Assembly (NCBI GenBank): GCA_004764695.1
Contig: SMSO01000037.1
Location: forward strand, 2,208,747-2,272,746
Origin: Schizochytrium sp. TIO01
Lineage: Eukaryota; Protista; Bigyra: Labyrinthulomycetes
DNA: 64,000 nucleotides
Direction: 5' to 3'
The notes below the pieces were generated by a model. It did no database searches. It was not told the DNA's origin and saw only the letters and a list, made by a program, of their open reading frames with translations. Shown here piece after piece: positions 39,540 to 52,910 of this stretch (within the stretch, counting starts at the first letter, position 1; each line of letters begins with the position of its first letter). Made by a program: the position numbers and the translations under genes.

Positions 39540-41354
39540 TCAAATCGAAGAACAGAGGAGCTTGCGGTCACAGGCAGAGAGTGCGACACCAAAGGCTTGG
39601 AGCGGGGAAAGAGGCCAGGACACATCGAGCGTGAAGAGCTCCGCGTTCGCATTCTCAGCCACCTTTCCAAATTGCAGGGCAACGTTGGGGTTACCATTAA
39701 TCATAAGTTGAAAGTTCTTGTTTGAAGGGAGAGTCACCCGGCCGCAGAAATCCAAAGAAAAGGCGCTAATTGTGGGCAGCCAGTATGGAGTCTTGTTAGC
39801 ACCGAAGATAAATTGCTGCTGCTGTTGCTGAGCGTGGCGAGTCTCTGACTGCTCAGAGGATGTGAAGTTAGAGTTGCAAGCCCGTGATGCAGGCTGTGCC
39901 GAGGAGATAGTAGATGAGGATGAAGAGGAGAACATGGAATCCTGAGTCGCTGCGCGACGCAGAGAACTTCCGAGGCGCTCCTGGTCATTGATAGGAAGAT
40001 GGCTTCGGGTATTCCAATCTGCTTGATCTCCCGAGGTCAAGTCGATCTCCTCTTCGTCTTCGTCTTCGCCATCGTCCTCTTCGTTGTTGTTGTTGTTGTT
40101 GTTGCTGCTGCTTGCGTCGACCTCGTTTTCGAAGTTGGAGTCCAAAGAGTGGTTGTTGTAGTTGGTGCGCAGAGCACTGTTTTGATCTTCTACGCGTGAG
40201 TCACTACGCCATGCAGACTTGCGCGCACGGCGAGAGTCCAACTTGGACTCTGGGTTCTCCAAAGCGTGTTCGGGGTCAGGAACAATGGCATCGAGCTTGT
40301 CATCGTTGTGAGCATACCGAGAGCGTGCAGCGCCGATCTTTTGGCGTGGCGTGCGCTCGAGGCTCGGGAAGCAAACATGGATGCGGCGAGGTCCAACAGC
40401 GGGCCCGACTCTGTTTTGCGTGTACCGCACAGCTCCGATTTCCACAACGCCATCGGCACCATAAATAGTGTGTTCGAGGCCTCTGAAAGAGCTGGCGACG
40501 TGCCCAAGGTAATGGGCCGAACCCCTGTTGATGCTTCCTCCTGGAGGCGTTTTATCATCCATTGAGATATCGAGCTGCGCTGAAAGGCCGTAAACCGTAT
40601 CAGGATCGAAGAGAGACTCGGACTCTGGGCGTTTATGCGAAATAGCGAGAAGTTGATCACCGTACTTTGGGGTCTCTAGGGAGGGAAGCGGGCCGAGCGG
40701 GTAGCGCAGGGTGGTGGGTGCCTGGAGGAAGAGCTCGTAACGCACAGCGACACCTTGGTCGCAAATGGCACGAACGTAGCACCGCACGACACCTGCATGT
40801 TGAGGCACAGGCGAGGTAATAAAGTCTTTGCGTGCAAAAAAGTTGTCACGGAATCTATGTGAGCCAATCTTATCACGTGGAACGTAAGCAATTTCCCCAA
40901 GTGCGCCTCTGCAAAGCGGGCAAGATGACTGGTTTCTACCGGACTTGCACTCGCGCCATTCGTAAATGCATTTGGCATGAACAGGATGCTGGTTGCATTT
41001 GTTAGCACAGGGGATGGGCATGCGTGGTCTCCTTGAGGAGAACCCGTTCATGCAAATGAAGCAGTACTCGTCGGCATCGGACGCCACGGATGCTGCACTG
41101 CTACCCGCCGAGGATGCAGCGTCTGCTGAGGAGGAGCTGCCGAGCTGAGATGCATCCATCGCTGCAGTGGTACAAGTTGCATGCTCAGCGGCAGAGGTGC
41201 CAGTAGTGTCATCGTCCTCGAAATCCACGCGCTTGACTCGCTTGGTCAGACCCGACCTCTGTTGTTGCTGTTGCTGCTGCCTTGATTTCACGTTGTCTTT
41301 GAACGGCCTCACGTCCACGCCCGGGACACGCGATCGTTTCCTTGCATGCTCCAT
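39540..41354 (-). CDS. RING-finger + Tubby C-terminal domain protein
   Basis: RING CFIC...CANKCNQHPVHAKC...W...CPLCR; Tubby domain VRCYV...YLGHVASSFRGLEHTIY...GPRRI...NKTPYW...LDFCGRVTLPSNKNFQL...LQFGKV...FTLDVSWPLSPLQAFGVALS. Confidence 0.93.
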   Translation of the reverse strand: MEHARKRSRVPGVDVRPFKDNVKSRQQQQQQQRSGLTKRVKRVDFEDDDTTGTSAAEHATCTTAAMDASQLGSSSSADAASSAGSSAASVASDADEYCFICMNGFSSRRPRMPIPCANKCNQHPVHAKCIYEWRECKSGRNQSSCPLCRGALGEIAYVPRDKIGSHRFRDNFFARKDFITSPVPQHAGVVRCYVRAICDQGVAVRYELFLQAPTTLRYPLGPLPSLETPKYGDQLLAISHKRPESESLFDPDTVYGLSAQLDISMDDKTPPGGSINRGSAHYLGHVASSFRGLEHTIYGADGVVEIGAVRYTQNRVGPAVGPRRIHVCFPSLERTPRQKIGAARSRYAHNDDKLDAIVPDPEHALENPESKLDSRRARKSAWRSDSRVEDQNSALRTNYNNHSLDSNFENEVDASSSNNNNNNNEEDDGEDEDEEEIDLTSGDQADWNTRSHLPINDQERLGSSLRRAATQDSMFSSSSSSTISSAQPASRACNSNFTSSEQSETRHAQQQQQQFIFGANKTPYWLPTISAFSLDFCGRVTLPSNKNFQLMINGNPNVALQFGKVAENANAELFTLDVSWPLSPLQAFGVALSACDRKLLCSSI

Positions 41355-42381
41355 CTTGTCGCGCCAAAGCGGTTCTGCAGGAATGAAATTAAGAGATCTC
41401 GACTAAAGTCTAAGAGTAATAGTAATAATAAATCAATAGCAGCTAGCGAGCGAGCGAGCGCCCAAAGTTTATCCCTTCTGAGCCGCTGCGCTGCTACTGC
41501 CTCGTTGCGACGTTCAACTGATGCTGGTTTGCTGTCCTGCTCTCGCACCTGTGTTTCCTGTCGCTGTCGCTGCGGCTAGCTATAGGTTATTGCTGTTGCT
41601 GTTTTGCTGTTGTCTTCTTCTTGCTCGCACGCGCCCACTAGGACGGGACCTGAGCACGAGTCCTAGGGAGGGTCCCTTGACGATCACCGGGGCGGCTGGC
41701 TGAGCCTGTCTGGTCGCTGCTGCTGCTGCTGCTGCTGCCGCTGCTGCCTGCTACCGCCGCTGCTGCCTGCTACCGCCGCTGCCGCTGCGTGGCTGACCGT
41801 CAGATGTCTGTCTGGATGCCGCTGCCGTCGAGCGCCGACGATTGATCGGGGTTGAGGGAATGATGAGGGCAAAGACACGGCTGTTGAGGCGATGCGGGAT
41901 GAGGAAGAAACTTTAGTCACTTTGTTTAATTAGTTTTCATTTTATTAATTTTCATTTTTTTAAATCAATTTCATTTATTTATTTAAAATTAAAAATAATA
42001 AAAAAATAACATAAAAGCCAAACAATTTAGTTGAAGAGTCTCTTTTCGATATAATATATGTACACATCGCCAAATAACTCTTCTGAAAAGGGAACACTTG
42101 CATTCTCTAGTTGCTACTCGTTGATTGCTCCAATTTTCAGGACGAAGCCACAGCACATGATGGTGTTTAAAAACAAACAACAAACACTTTTCCTTCGAAA
42201 CGAAACCTGCAGAAAAGAAAGAACACCTACAGCGCAATAGCGGAAACAGCCACGCGACCCCTGTTCTATTTCTCCATCTCTCAGCTTTCCATACGTACCC
42301 AATACTAACAAGTGCTTCTTTCCTCCTTCCTTCCTTCCTTCCTCCCCCTCCTTCCTTATTTAGCCTGTAAGTAAACAAGCA

Positions 42382-42733
42382 AAACAAACAAACAAACAAA
42401 CAAACAAACAAACAAACAAACAAACAAACAAACAAACAAAGCGAAGTAAAGTAAAGTAAAGTATAAAACAATCCAAATTAACTTCAATTTGAACAGCCGC
42501 CTTAGAAGGGGAGCGGGTTCCCTCGGACCTCGTTCCCCTCCTTGTTCTCCAGAGAGCGAAAAACTAAGTTGCCAAAAGAACATTTTACATTGCAGAAGAA
42601 CTTAGTGTTTTTATTTATTTTTTATTTCCATGCAAACAAACAAACAAACAAACAAACAAACAAACAAACAAACAAACAAACAAACAAACAAACAAACAAA
42701 CAAACAAACAAACAAACAAACAAACAAACAAAC
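42382..42733 (+). repeat. Two (AAAC)n microsatellites
   Basis: Perfect arrays at ~42382-42439 and ~42634-42733. Confidence 0.95.
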
Positions 42734-43069
42734 ATTCACTGAGTAAATAAGTACTTGTCTCGGCCGCCGACGGAGCTGGCTGGCGGAGTGCGCCAAGGCT
42801 CTCGAGTTCGGGAGCTTTGCTCGCGCCTCTCCCTCCTCCCACCCGGTTCTTCCGGCTGCCTGTCTGTCTGTCTGTCTGGGAGCAAACACGCGAAGGGCCT
42901 CTGCAGCCGGTCTCCTCTTTCTCTGCGTCTGTCTTTTGTCCACTCGGCGTGCGTAGCATTATTTCTTTTCTTTCTTTTCTTTTCTTTTCCTTTTACTTGG
43001 AGAACTAACTTCGACTATGGAATCAACAAATCAGAGTTAATCAATAAAAACTACACTACGCTAAACTAG

Positions 43070-43150
43070 AGCAAAGCAAAGCAAAGCAAAGCAAAGCAAA
43101 GCAAAGCAAAGCAAAGCAAAGCAAAGCAAAGCAAAGCAAAGCAAAGCAAA
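43070..43150 (+). repeat. (GCAAA)n microsatellite
   Basis: About 16 perfect copies. Confidence 0.95.
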
Positions 43151-43534
43151 GACAGAGCATGACGACTTCGATTTGGAGTTGGAGTTTCCAAGTGACTGGA
43201 AACTGGAACACTCACTGTTCCACGATTCACTTTCTTTCAGGCGACGAGCGTCTTCTTCAGTTTGGTCGAGGAATGGATGATCTTTGCTTTTCCCTTTATT
43301 AATTGCCAGTACATTTAACATTCAACATTCCACAACAACAATAAAAGGGGTCTTATGGAGAAGTAAGTTACTTAGACAGGTCGATCGATTGATGTGTCAA
43401 CTCGAATAAAGCGAAAGTGCCAAAGCAGGTAAAAGCAGAGGACAACTGACTGAAGTGAGAGGAATCCAGAGGCAAAGAGACTCGGAGAGGGGGCTTTACT
43501 GACTCACTCCTCACTCCTCACTCCCTGATTCACT

Positions 43535-43549
43535 GATTAATTGATTGAT

Positions 43550-43606
<57 letters not shown>
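43535..43606 (+). repeat. (GATT)n microsatellite
   Basis: Near-perfect array. Confidence 0.92.
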
Positions 43607-45087
43607 AATAGCTGATCGAGGTGCATTGGCCTTGTTTTCCGCGGTTATACTTTCTTTCATTAATTCGCATCGATCACTACTACTTCTTACCCACTTCTTC
43701 TCGCGCACTTATCATCTATCTCCTTTCATTACATCACAAAAGCAATTGAAAAGTATTTTGAAAAACCCACTTACTCGCGCCACTCGCGGTGTTCTTTCTT
43801 TCACTATTCTTATTGTAGCAGCCTTCTTCTGTTCCTTTCAAGGTAAAAGAGGAGTGAGTACAAGTACTTTTCTTTTCATTCTTCTTTTCATTCTTCTTTC
43901 TCTTTTGAAAATGAAAACTTTCTTTCTTTCTTCCGTTCTGTTCTACTTCCTCTGTTCTGTTCACTGCGTCGGCAGGTATCTTCTGGCATTCTTCTAGTAC
44001 CTACCTAGCTGCAGCTACCATGAGGCATAACAGAAAGGAATAACAAGGATCATCGACAAAGAAACTCCTTCCGAGCCTTTTTAACCTTCTCGTGTCCTTT
44101 GCCTCCCGAAATCCGATCCCCTGCTGCTCTTATGGCCTGCCTCTTTCCAGCTGTGCTGCTTAATTTAATACACATGAGCTCTTTCGCTTTGGCTTTCGCT
44201 TTCCTCCTTGATTGACTTACTTATCCACGACTGAACCGCCCATTGGTCGATGAGATGAGATCACCATTCATACATTCATGCATTGGCCATATAGATAGAT
44301 ACACAAATACATTCATGCATTCACCATGCATACGTACAATGCATAGAAGCATGCAATCGATCATTGAACAGGCATTCGTATGTGTAGATTTATCTGCTCA
44401 TGGCTTCGATGCCATGGACTGAGTCATCGATCAATGCGTAATCGTGGACGATTGATTTGATCTCAGAAGAAACAAAGAGAGCGAAAAAGAAAGAAAGGAT
44501 GAATGAATGAATGAAAGAATGAATGAATGAATTAAATGAGACAGTTGATCATGAATCCACGCATCAATCAATGAATTAATGAATCAATGAATCAATCATC
44601 CATCCATCATCAATGAATCCAAATACGACTCTTCCGATTCTAAGTCCATCGGGTCACGTTCCAATTCCATTTGCCAAAGACATAACACCACGTGAGTCAA
44701 TGAATCAATTACCTTCGCTCGCTATGAAACAAAAAAGTCAATTTTTCTGCTCCGTCCAACATCACAGAAAGTAATCGATTCATTGATTGATTGATTTATT
44801 GACCTCTTTGTTTTTATCATCGTAAAAGCTTTCATGTTAAGCAGTCAAGAATCGCAACACCGCCGCAAAGAAGAATATTCGGGAGAATACAGGAAGGCCC
44901 AAGCTGGTCCCGCACGCTCGCTCGCTCCAGTACGGGGCGCTGTCCTGTCTACCTTCTGCTCCGCTGCCTCGGGCCCTGCCTCTCCGCCGCTCTGTCGTCT
45001 CCTGCGCTGCGCAGCTCTCTCTCTCTGCTTCGATGCCTTCATTCTCTTCTTTCCTAAGAATACTTTTGTGAACTAACTTGAAGAACT

Positions 45088-45165
45088 AAACAAACAAACA
45101 AACAAACAAACAAACGATCGATCGATCGAACGAACAACTAACTAACTAACTAACTAACTAATTAG
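45088..45165 (+). repeat. Compound microsatellite (AAAC)(ATCG)(AACG)(AACT)
   Basis: Adjacent 4-mer arrays that grade into each other. Confidence 0.85.
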
Positions 45166-47850
45166 TTATGCGGTGGGTAGTAGGTCTTACTGGACAGGCA
45201 CTGGAATAAGGAGAAAGAAAGAAAGAAAGAAAGAAAAAGAGACTCCGTCTATCCAACACATCGGAAGAGGTGGACGAGGACAACCATAACGACAGCTTTA
45301 GCGACCACAACAGCGGCCTCAACGACTTAATCGGAGGTAAGAAATGTATATCTGCATATCTACCTACCTATGCTCTTAGCGTTGAGGTCGAGACTTCCCA
45401 CGAGAGCACGGAACTAATTATTAATTAATTTATTCATTCATTTATCTATTCATGTATTTCGTTTATTGACTGATTGATTAATTGATTGATTGTGTTATTA
45501 TGTCCACACAAGCTTCGAAGAAGCAGAAGACTTGTTGTGTGCATCTTGAAATGAACGCCAAGACCGAGCTCGCGAACTCGAATTCCATGGGCCCCGAAAC
45601 CTGCGAGGCTCCGAGATTGCTTTTGTATTTGTAATTCTCTCGATCGATCTTTGAAGGCACAGAGGAATCCGAGGTTGCTTCTCCGAAGGGTCCTTTCTGC
45701 AGACAATCGGAGGACAATGAGCTAACTCATCGAATCGGCTGTGCACATGTGGTTTTCATTCCCGCATTCTTCAATTGGTCCATTCATCGATCCATCCTCC
45801 TTTGTCCAAAAGGAAGAACTCGCCTCATTCGATGATTTACATATATATATATATATATATATATATGTAGATAACGGTGAACGATCCGAAGGCTTCGTTT
45901 AGTTTACAGGTCCAAGGAGGAAGGAAGCAAATAGTTTTGACTAAATCGCGACTCTCAGAACGTCTGCGAAACCCCAAAAGGCGGCTCTTCGCGCGAAAGG
46001 AACCCCCTTTTGAGCGAACCTCGGAATTCATGGACAGGATTCTGCATTCATCCCCTATAAAATTAGTAATAGGCCCACAGAAAACTGCACTCAATTCTTG
46101 CAACAAATCCATCGCCGGAAGTTGCTTCTTCGACAGGACAGCTTCGATTCGAGGTATCGGGCCGTGATCATGCTTTCTTCGCACGCTCATCTCCGCCCCT
46201 CCGATGTCTACACTCCGAGTCCGAGTCTGGCATTGGGTTGGAGCAGAATTGAGATGGCATGGAGCGAAGAAGAACTTTGGTCAAGATGAAGATGAGGTCA
46301 GACAGATTGTGTTTGTCCCTGATCACGAAGATTGATCGATTTTGCTTTGCTCTTCCCAATTCTCGCATTCTTTGCTTCTTTTTTTAAAATGAATATAAGG
46401 TTTTTCACTTTTTTCAATCGACCAAGAGAGCTGAAGATGTTAGTTTTTAAGCATTTTGAAGATCTCACGGTTTGTGCGAAATAGCCCTTTCTCATCTTAC
46501 TTTTCATTTAACTTCTATTTGCTTGAGAAAATAGAATTTTTATTTCAAAAGAGAACAAACACTACATAACTATAAACAGGAGTCAATCACGAGACGATCT
46601 ATCTCAACGGAGAAAGACGGGACACCCAGATTAAGCGCCACTCCCACTCCCTAGGAGGTGTTATCCGCACTTACCCATAAAAGGACGAGCGAACGGGTAG
46701 TAGTAGCATAAGCGGTAGTTAGCTTGGTAGGTGTGTATGAGTGTTATTAAATATAGATGAGATCACCATAAAAGTTCGAGTTAGTTTTTAAAATTGTATA
46801 TTAAAAATTAAATTAATAATATAATAATAAAACATCTAAAAAGCAAACAGAAGGAAGATAGATGAGGAAGAAGCGAGGAGAAGGAAGAAGATGATGAGGG
46901 ATAGAGAGATATGGAGGGAGGAGAAGGAGGAGGAGAGGATTTTAGAGGTCACCTCTTCCGATCGGTAGGAGCTACCAACCAGTTGCTAGGGGAGCCTGGG
47001 AAAGAGAAACTCCAAACGAAGGAACGGAGGAAGCTCTCAAAGAGAGAACAGAACGCGAAGGGGAAAGGGTTGTTTAGCGCAACCCATGAATCATTTTTTT
47101 ACTTTCTTACTTTCTTTAGCGCTTAAGTTGTTTGGTTCATGATTGGGACTATGCAGATGCAAGGAAACTGCTGCAAACTGTGGAGTTTTAGCGAGGAGGC
47201 GGATTGGGCAGGCGGTATTAGTTTAATTTATTTGTCGAGTTATATATTTGTTTGTTTTTGAGGCATCACACGCCGCACGCACTCGTTCACTCGCTCATTC
47301 ACTCATTCGATTTGAGCGCTCACCTCTCTTGTTTCTTTACTTACTTACTTTCTTTCTTTCTTTCCTTCCTTCTTTTTTGTTTTTTGTTTTGTTTCTTTGA
47401 CCTCAAGATTTGGTGTTCTTCTTCTGCCTCATGTTGTTGGTATTTGTGATTGTTTACAATTAGTATGTTGATAGTTTTTATTTGTAGAAGAAACAAATAA
47501 GGAAAGAAGGAAACACAAAGGAAAGGAAAGGAAGGAAGGAAGGAAGGAATGACTGTTCTTATCGTTCTGCTACTTTCATCGCTGATCATGCGCTGCGATG
47601 TTTCTATTTCTCCGCGTTGTCCCCAATTGGTGTGATCGTTAGCTTTGCTCCGCTTCGCTTTGCATGGTACGTAATGAGCGATGGTGATGGTGGCTCAAGC
47701 TTTCATATAAGCTTAAAAAGAACACTTTAACTTGTCGCCTCAAACTCGTGAGTGAGAGTGTTTCCTTTAGCATGCATGCATGCATGAGAGGTGAAAAATA
47801 GGCAGTTCAGTAAGGTACGTACCCCTAGTACCTCTAATCCTTCAATTAAT

Positions 47851-47888
47851 CAGTCAGTCAGTCAGTCAGTCAGTCAGTCAGTCAGTCA
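47851..47888 (+). repeat. (CAGT)n microsatellite
   Basis: About 9 copies; another at ~50806-50836. Confidence 0.9.
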
Positions 47889-48876
47889 CGGCCTGAATAG
47901 ATAGAGACTGTTCTTTTCAAGGTCTCTGCTGCTTCGATTCCTCATTTGTGCCTGTTCCTTCTTCCTCAGCTTTTCTCATTAAACCAAAAGATGTTTATTT
48001 CCAAAAATAAAATTATGCATACAAAGAAAGAAAGAAGAAAAGAAAGAAAGAAAGAAAGAAAGAAGGGGAAAAAGGAAGGAAAAAAAGTCATCGATGAACT
48101 CAATGGATGATCATCCTCCATTTCCTCTTCTTCTTCTTCTTCTTCTTCTTCGCCCCATCAATCTCCCTTTCAATCGATCTCGCGCTCATGCTTCGAGCTT
48201 CGACTATCCACGCCACTCCTCACAGAGGCCTCTGCGTTATCATCACGCCCAGCGACCCAACTGACCTCCACTTTACCAAGAATATCTCCCAACTTCTTCG
48301 TGTCAATCAATATCAAGCTTTGAATAAACGAATGAATGAACGAATGAATGAATGAAAGAACGAATCATAAAGTAGACTAAATCAGCCTTTCCATTCCATA
48401 AAATGCAAAGAAAGAAGCAAAGCCAACGAAAGAATGAAGGAATCAAGAACGGCAAAGGAGGCGAATGAAAGCGCGCTCTCCAAAGCACGCGCAGTGAATC
48501 ATCGCCGTCCTCTTCGAGTGCGAGAGTGAGTGAGTGAGCGAGTGAGTGAGTGAGCGAGTGAGCGAAAAGGGGCCTGCGCTCCTCAGTCTGCTCTGCGCGA
48601 TGTCAGGCCGTGACCGTGCCTCCCTCCGCGTCTTGGAGCCCGTGGCGTCGGCGTGTGTGCGTATCACGGGCGGATCTATCGCTCTCTCTCATCCCAGACT
48701 GAGTTATACCAATTTCATCGTCGATTATCTATTCATTCACTCACTCGCTCATTCAATCAATCGATCAATCAAACGATCAACCAATCGATCAATCAATCGA
48801 TCAATCGATCCCAATTATCGTAAGATCATCGCGAAGTTGAAAATGCCTTAGTTTCGAACTGGGATTCGAAGAGCGC

Positions 48877-48912
<36 letters not shown>

Positions 48913-49455
48913 TTCTTTCTGCAGGTTTCTTGAGAGAGAATACTTTTACTTAGACTTACTTATTATCGGCGTCTGGCCAGGAGAAAGAAAAGAAAGAAAA
49001 AAAGAAAGAAGTTTGGTGACTTCTTTCGATTGAGGGCACGCGAGCCCAGTGTCCACGACGCGGTAGAAGTGCCTACTCAGAAGTAAGTAAGTAAGTAAGT
49101 GAGTGAGTAAGTAAGTAAGTGAGTAAGTACGTACCTGTCTGCAAAGTCTTTAGGACCTACGGAACTGCGCTCTCTCCCTTCATTTGAATTGAATTTCAAC
49201 TATCCTCGTGTTATTTATTACAGTGCCATCACTTCCTACTGCAAGTTCTAGTTGAGGTATCTATCTATCTGCTGACTGACTGATGTGGTGAATGAATGCT
49301 GATTTCAAACAAGAGCTTTCTTTCCTTCATTCCTTCTTCTCAGATTCACAACATAATTCACTTCCTATCTTATTTCCTTCTACAGATCAGACAGATCATA
49401 GACCTACAGGCGAGTAGCTAGCTAGTGCGACGAAGTCTCGATCCTTCTTCTCTCT

Positions 49456-49457
49456 GG

Positions 49458-49489
<32 letters not shown>

Positions 49490-49514
49490 CATCGAAGTAC
49501 GTACGTACCTCCTC

Positions 49515-49585
<71 letters not shown>
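49456..49585 (+). repeat. (GGCA)n and (GCTT)n microsatellites
   Basis: Perfect arrays at ~49456-49491 and ~49516-49585. Confidence 0.92.
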
Positions 49586-49586
<1 letters not shown>

Positions 49587-50054
49587 TCTTGCCCTCGTAG
49601 CTTCAAGATATGTTCGAAGCTCTTCAGTTCGAGGACCCTTGGGGATCCCCGTCTTTGGCCTTAGGGCTTTAGCGCTTAGGGTACCTTCCTTCCTTCCTCC
49701 CTTCCTTCCTTACTTACTTCCTGCATGCATAAGTTTTTTCTTCTTCTCTCTGCTTCTCAGCACTTTCTGATGCCTTCTGACTGACTGACTGACTGACTGA
49801 TCTCTCTCCCTCTCCCTCTCTCTCTGTCGAACGCGTTCTTCGCCTTCTGGCTCGGGCAGCTCCAGGAACGGGAACGGGAACGGGAACAGAACAAACAAAA
49901 GCTGAGAGCACGCACGTCCTCTCACTAATTGCTAAAACCAGGGATCAAAGCTTCTGCCATTACTAACGCGGGAAAAGCCAAGCCTCGCGATCTAAAGCCA
50001 AGCCTCGCGATCTACTGCTGAGACCATGAGGAGGAGTGCGCGCCTTATAATTTC

Positions 50055-50300
50055 GAGTGAGTGAGTGAGTGAGTGAGTGAGTGAGTGAGTGAGTGAGTGT
50101 GCGAGTGAAGGAGAACAAAAGTAATAAGAACAGAAACAGGAACAGGAACAAGAACAGGAACAAGAACAAGAACAAGAGGCTCGGAAGTAGAACTCGAAGA
50201 AGAAAGAAGAAAGAAGAAGAAAGAAGAAAGAAGAAGAAAGAAGAAAGAAGAAAGAAGAAGTGAATGAGTGAGTGAAAGAGTGAGTGAATGAGTAAGTGAG
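50055..50300 (+). repeat. (GAGT)n, (GAACAR)n and (AAGA/AAG)n compound repeat tract
   Basis: Consecutive simple repeats seen directly. Confidence 0.88.
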
Positions 50301-52719
50301 TCGGTCGGTCGCAGTGTTTAGGCGAGAGGCGACCACCGATGGCGCAGGCTTTAGAGATCGATCTCCTTATTCCGAGTCGACGCTTCCCGTGAGTGAGCCA
50401 AAGGGCCAATCTACGAAGAATTGGGTCGACTGAATGGCTTTGAGGAGGCATCTCAGCAATCCAATCCATCCATTGCTTGGAATTGGAAAAACAACAAAGC
50501 AATCCCAGTTCCACTCGCTCAATTCATTGCGAGCGAGTGGCGATGGAGATGAAAGCTCTGACTGAAGATCGAGTTGATTCCAACGCTGACTGATGCGCGC
50601 GTACTTTACTTGCTCAGGTAGCTCGCATGTACACCGATCAGCAGCGAAAGCCTCCGATAGTGTATAAATCACGAAAACAAATAAACAGAATACCGTCATT
50701 GAAGGAATTGATCTATTCAGAGGAAACCGCATTATTCAAAGGTGTGCACTCGAGATCGATCAGCCAGCCAGTTAACAGCTATCTCTATCTACGCATGGTA
50801 TAGCAGTCAGTCAGTCAGTCAGTCAGTCACAGTCAGTTCCTACTAGCTAGGTGTAATCAGAGCAGCAGGAGTTACTACTACTACTACTTGTGAGATGACC
50901 AAAGTCGAGAGCGAACTTTGATTGATGATGAACTAGAACTTTGCAATAAATGTGACCTTCAGCTCGTGGAGGCTGGCGAGTGCCTCGCTTCCCGAGCACT
51001 CGCTTATTTGATGCTCAGCTCGTCCACCGCTGCGTCCAAAGGCTGGAGCGAGGCCTCTCTTTAGCAATCGTTTCATCTCGTGCTTTCTGTTCAGGTCGAT
51101 TAGCATTGCGAGTAAGTATTTTTATACTATTTTAGTTAAAAGTTTAACACTAAAAGTTAACATTAAAACAGAACAATACATAGAATATCCTTAGTTCTGG
51201 GCTGAATGATAAACAGCTCTGTTCTATCTTCTTCTTCTTCTTCTTCTTCTTCTTTGGAGGGATCTCATTCGCCTTGGAAGAAGTGGAACAGGCTCACGGT
51301 TCACTGCAGCATTCATTGCATATGCAGGCTTTCCTCGGGTTCTTGCCATTTAATTTGACTAAATGCTGCGGCCCCATCACCGATTCCCTCAACTTGCTTC
51401 AGCCATGCGTTTACTGGCCAAAGCTCGCTTCTCGCCCCTGCGATTGACGGCTACGGCATCTTAAGCAGCCCAGGTTTGGGAGAAGAAGAAGAAGAAGAGA
51501 TGAAAGTCGATGCACGCTTTTTCTATCTTGACTCATGTTTTCAAACTACAAAAGAAGCTGAGGCATCTTTTACGACTCCAGCTAGAATCAATTGATAGGG
51601 TTTTATTTATCAATTTTAAAATTGAAAGAAACAGAGAGGAGGAAAGTATGAAGAACGAGGAAAACGCCAACAACGGCCGAGGACTGACCAATTCACGAAG
51701 CGAAACGATTGGCACTAATAAGGGAGTTAGATAGATGGATGGAGGGATGTATGGATGGTCGATCTTCTAATCTCGTGCTCAGTAATGGCACCTCCAGCAA
51801 CAAGAATAGAATAGAATAGAAAAGAATAGAAAAGAATAGAAAAGAATAGAATAGAAAAGAAAGCCCACCCACGCCCACTTCCCTCCTCCCTTCCCCTGCC
51901 GCACTTTCTCTCTCTCTCTCTCTCTCTTTTTCACGCCACGCTAAAAAGAAACGTGTTTCGCCGGCTTTCCACGAGGTACCTATATCAGTAGCAGCAACAT
52001 CCGCAATCTCATCGTCGAAAAAGAGCCTTCATAGTTCATAATGAGGTACATTCGTGCTTTCATTGTCCTCCGTTATAACAATGGACTATTCATTCACTCA
52101 TTGATAGCCTTCTTTTTTTAAATATGTTGTCTTTTTAATAATAAGAAGAATAATACCAAAATAATAAAAAAATATATATTAAAATAATAAAATAATAAAA
52201 TAAACAGGCTGCAACACAGAGAAAAGAGGAAATAGAACGGAACAGCACGCGGAACAGAACATAGGCAGCCAGCAAGAGGCGGAACACCTGGATCAGTGCC
52301 AACTAGGGAGATTGCTAAGGTGCCTGCATAGAGTAGCGTCGTAGTGGGTGCCTAGCAGCAGCTAGCATCGAAAAAGAGCCCAAGTTGAGGAGCGATAGAT
52401 CCATGACGCAAGAAGCGCCAGTCTCGGGACCAGACTGGGCCAGAGCGCTGCTGCCGGAGAGGGTTTTGCTGGGGACGAGTCGCTCCTTCGGCAGGAGGTC
52501 CAGCGCGAGTGCAGGCACCTGCAGCATCCGCCACCCCCAGCAGCACAAACCAGGAGCGAGCCTGGAGCGGCGAGGAGGCCAGCGGCAGTGCACGTCGTTC
52601 AATATTCATTTTTTCACTTCATATTGCTATCGCTCTCCTCGATTTGTGGGGAGTATTATGTATTTACGTATTTGTTGTTTGTTTGTCTGTTTATAAACCT
52701 ATTCCTTCATTTGTGTGCT

Positions 52720-52910
52720 GTTTGTTTGTTTGTTTGTTTGTTTGTTTGTTTGTTTGTTTGTTTGTTTGTTGTTCATAAATCCATTCATTCATTTACTCAT
52801 AAATACATTCAATTACTTATTCATTCATTCATTCATTTACTCATAAATACATTCAATTACTTATTCATTCATTCATTCATTTGCGTGTTTGTTTGTTTGT
52901 TTGCTTGTTT
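52720..52910 (+). repeat. (TTTG)n / (ATTC)n tract containing a ~45-bp direct duplication
   Basis: ttcattcatttactcataaatacattcaattacttattca occurs twice (~52784 and ~52829). Confidence 0.85.
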
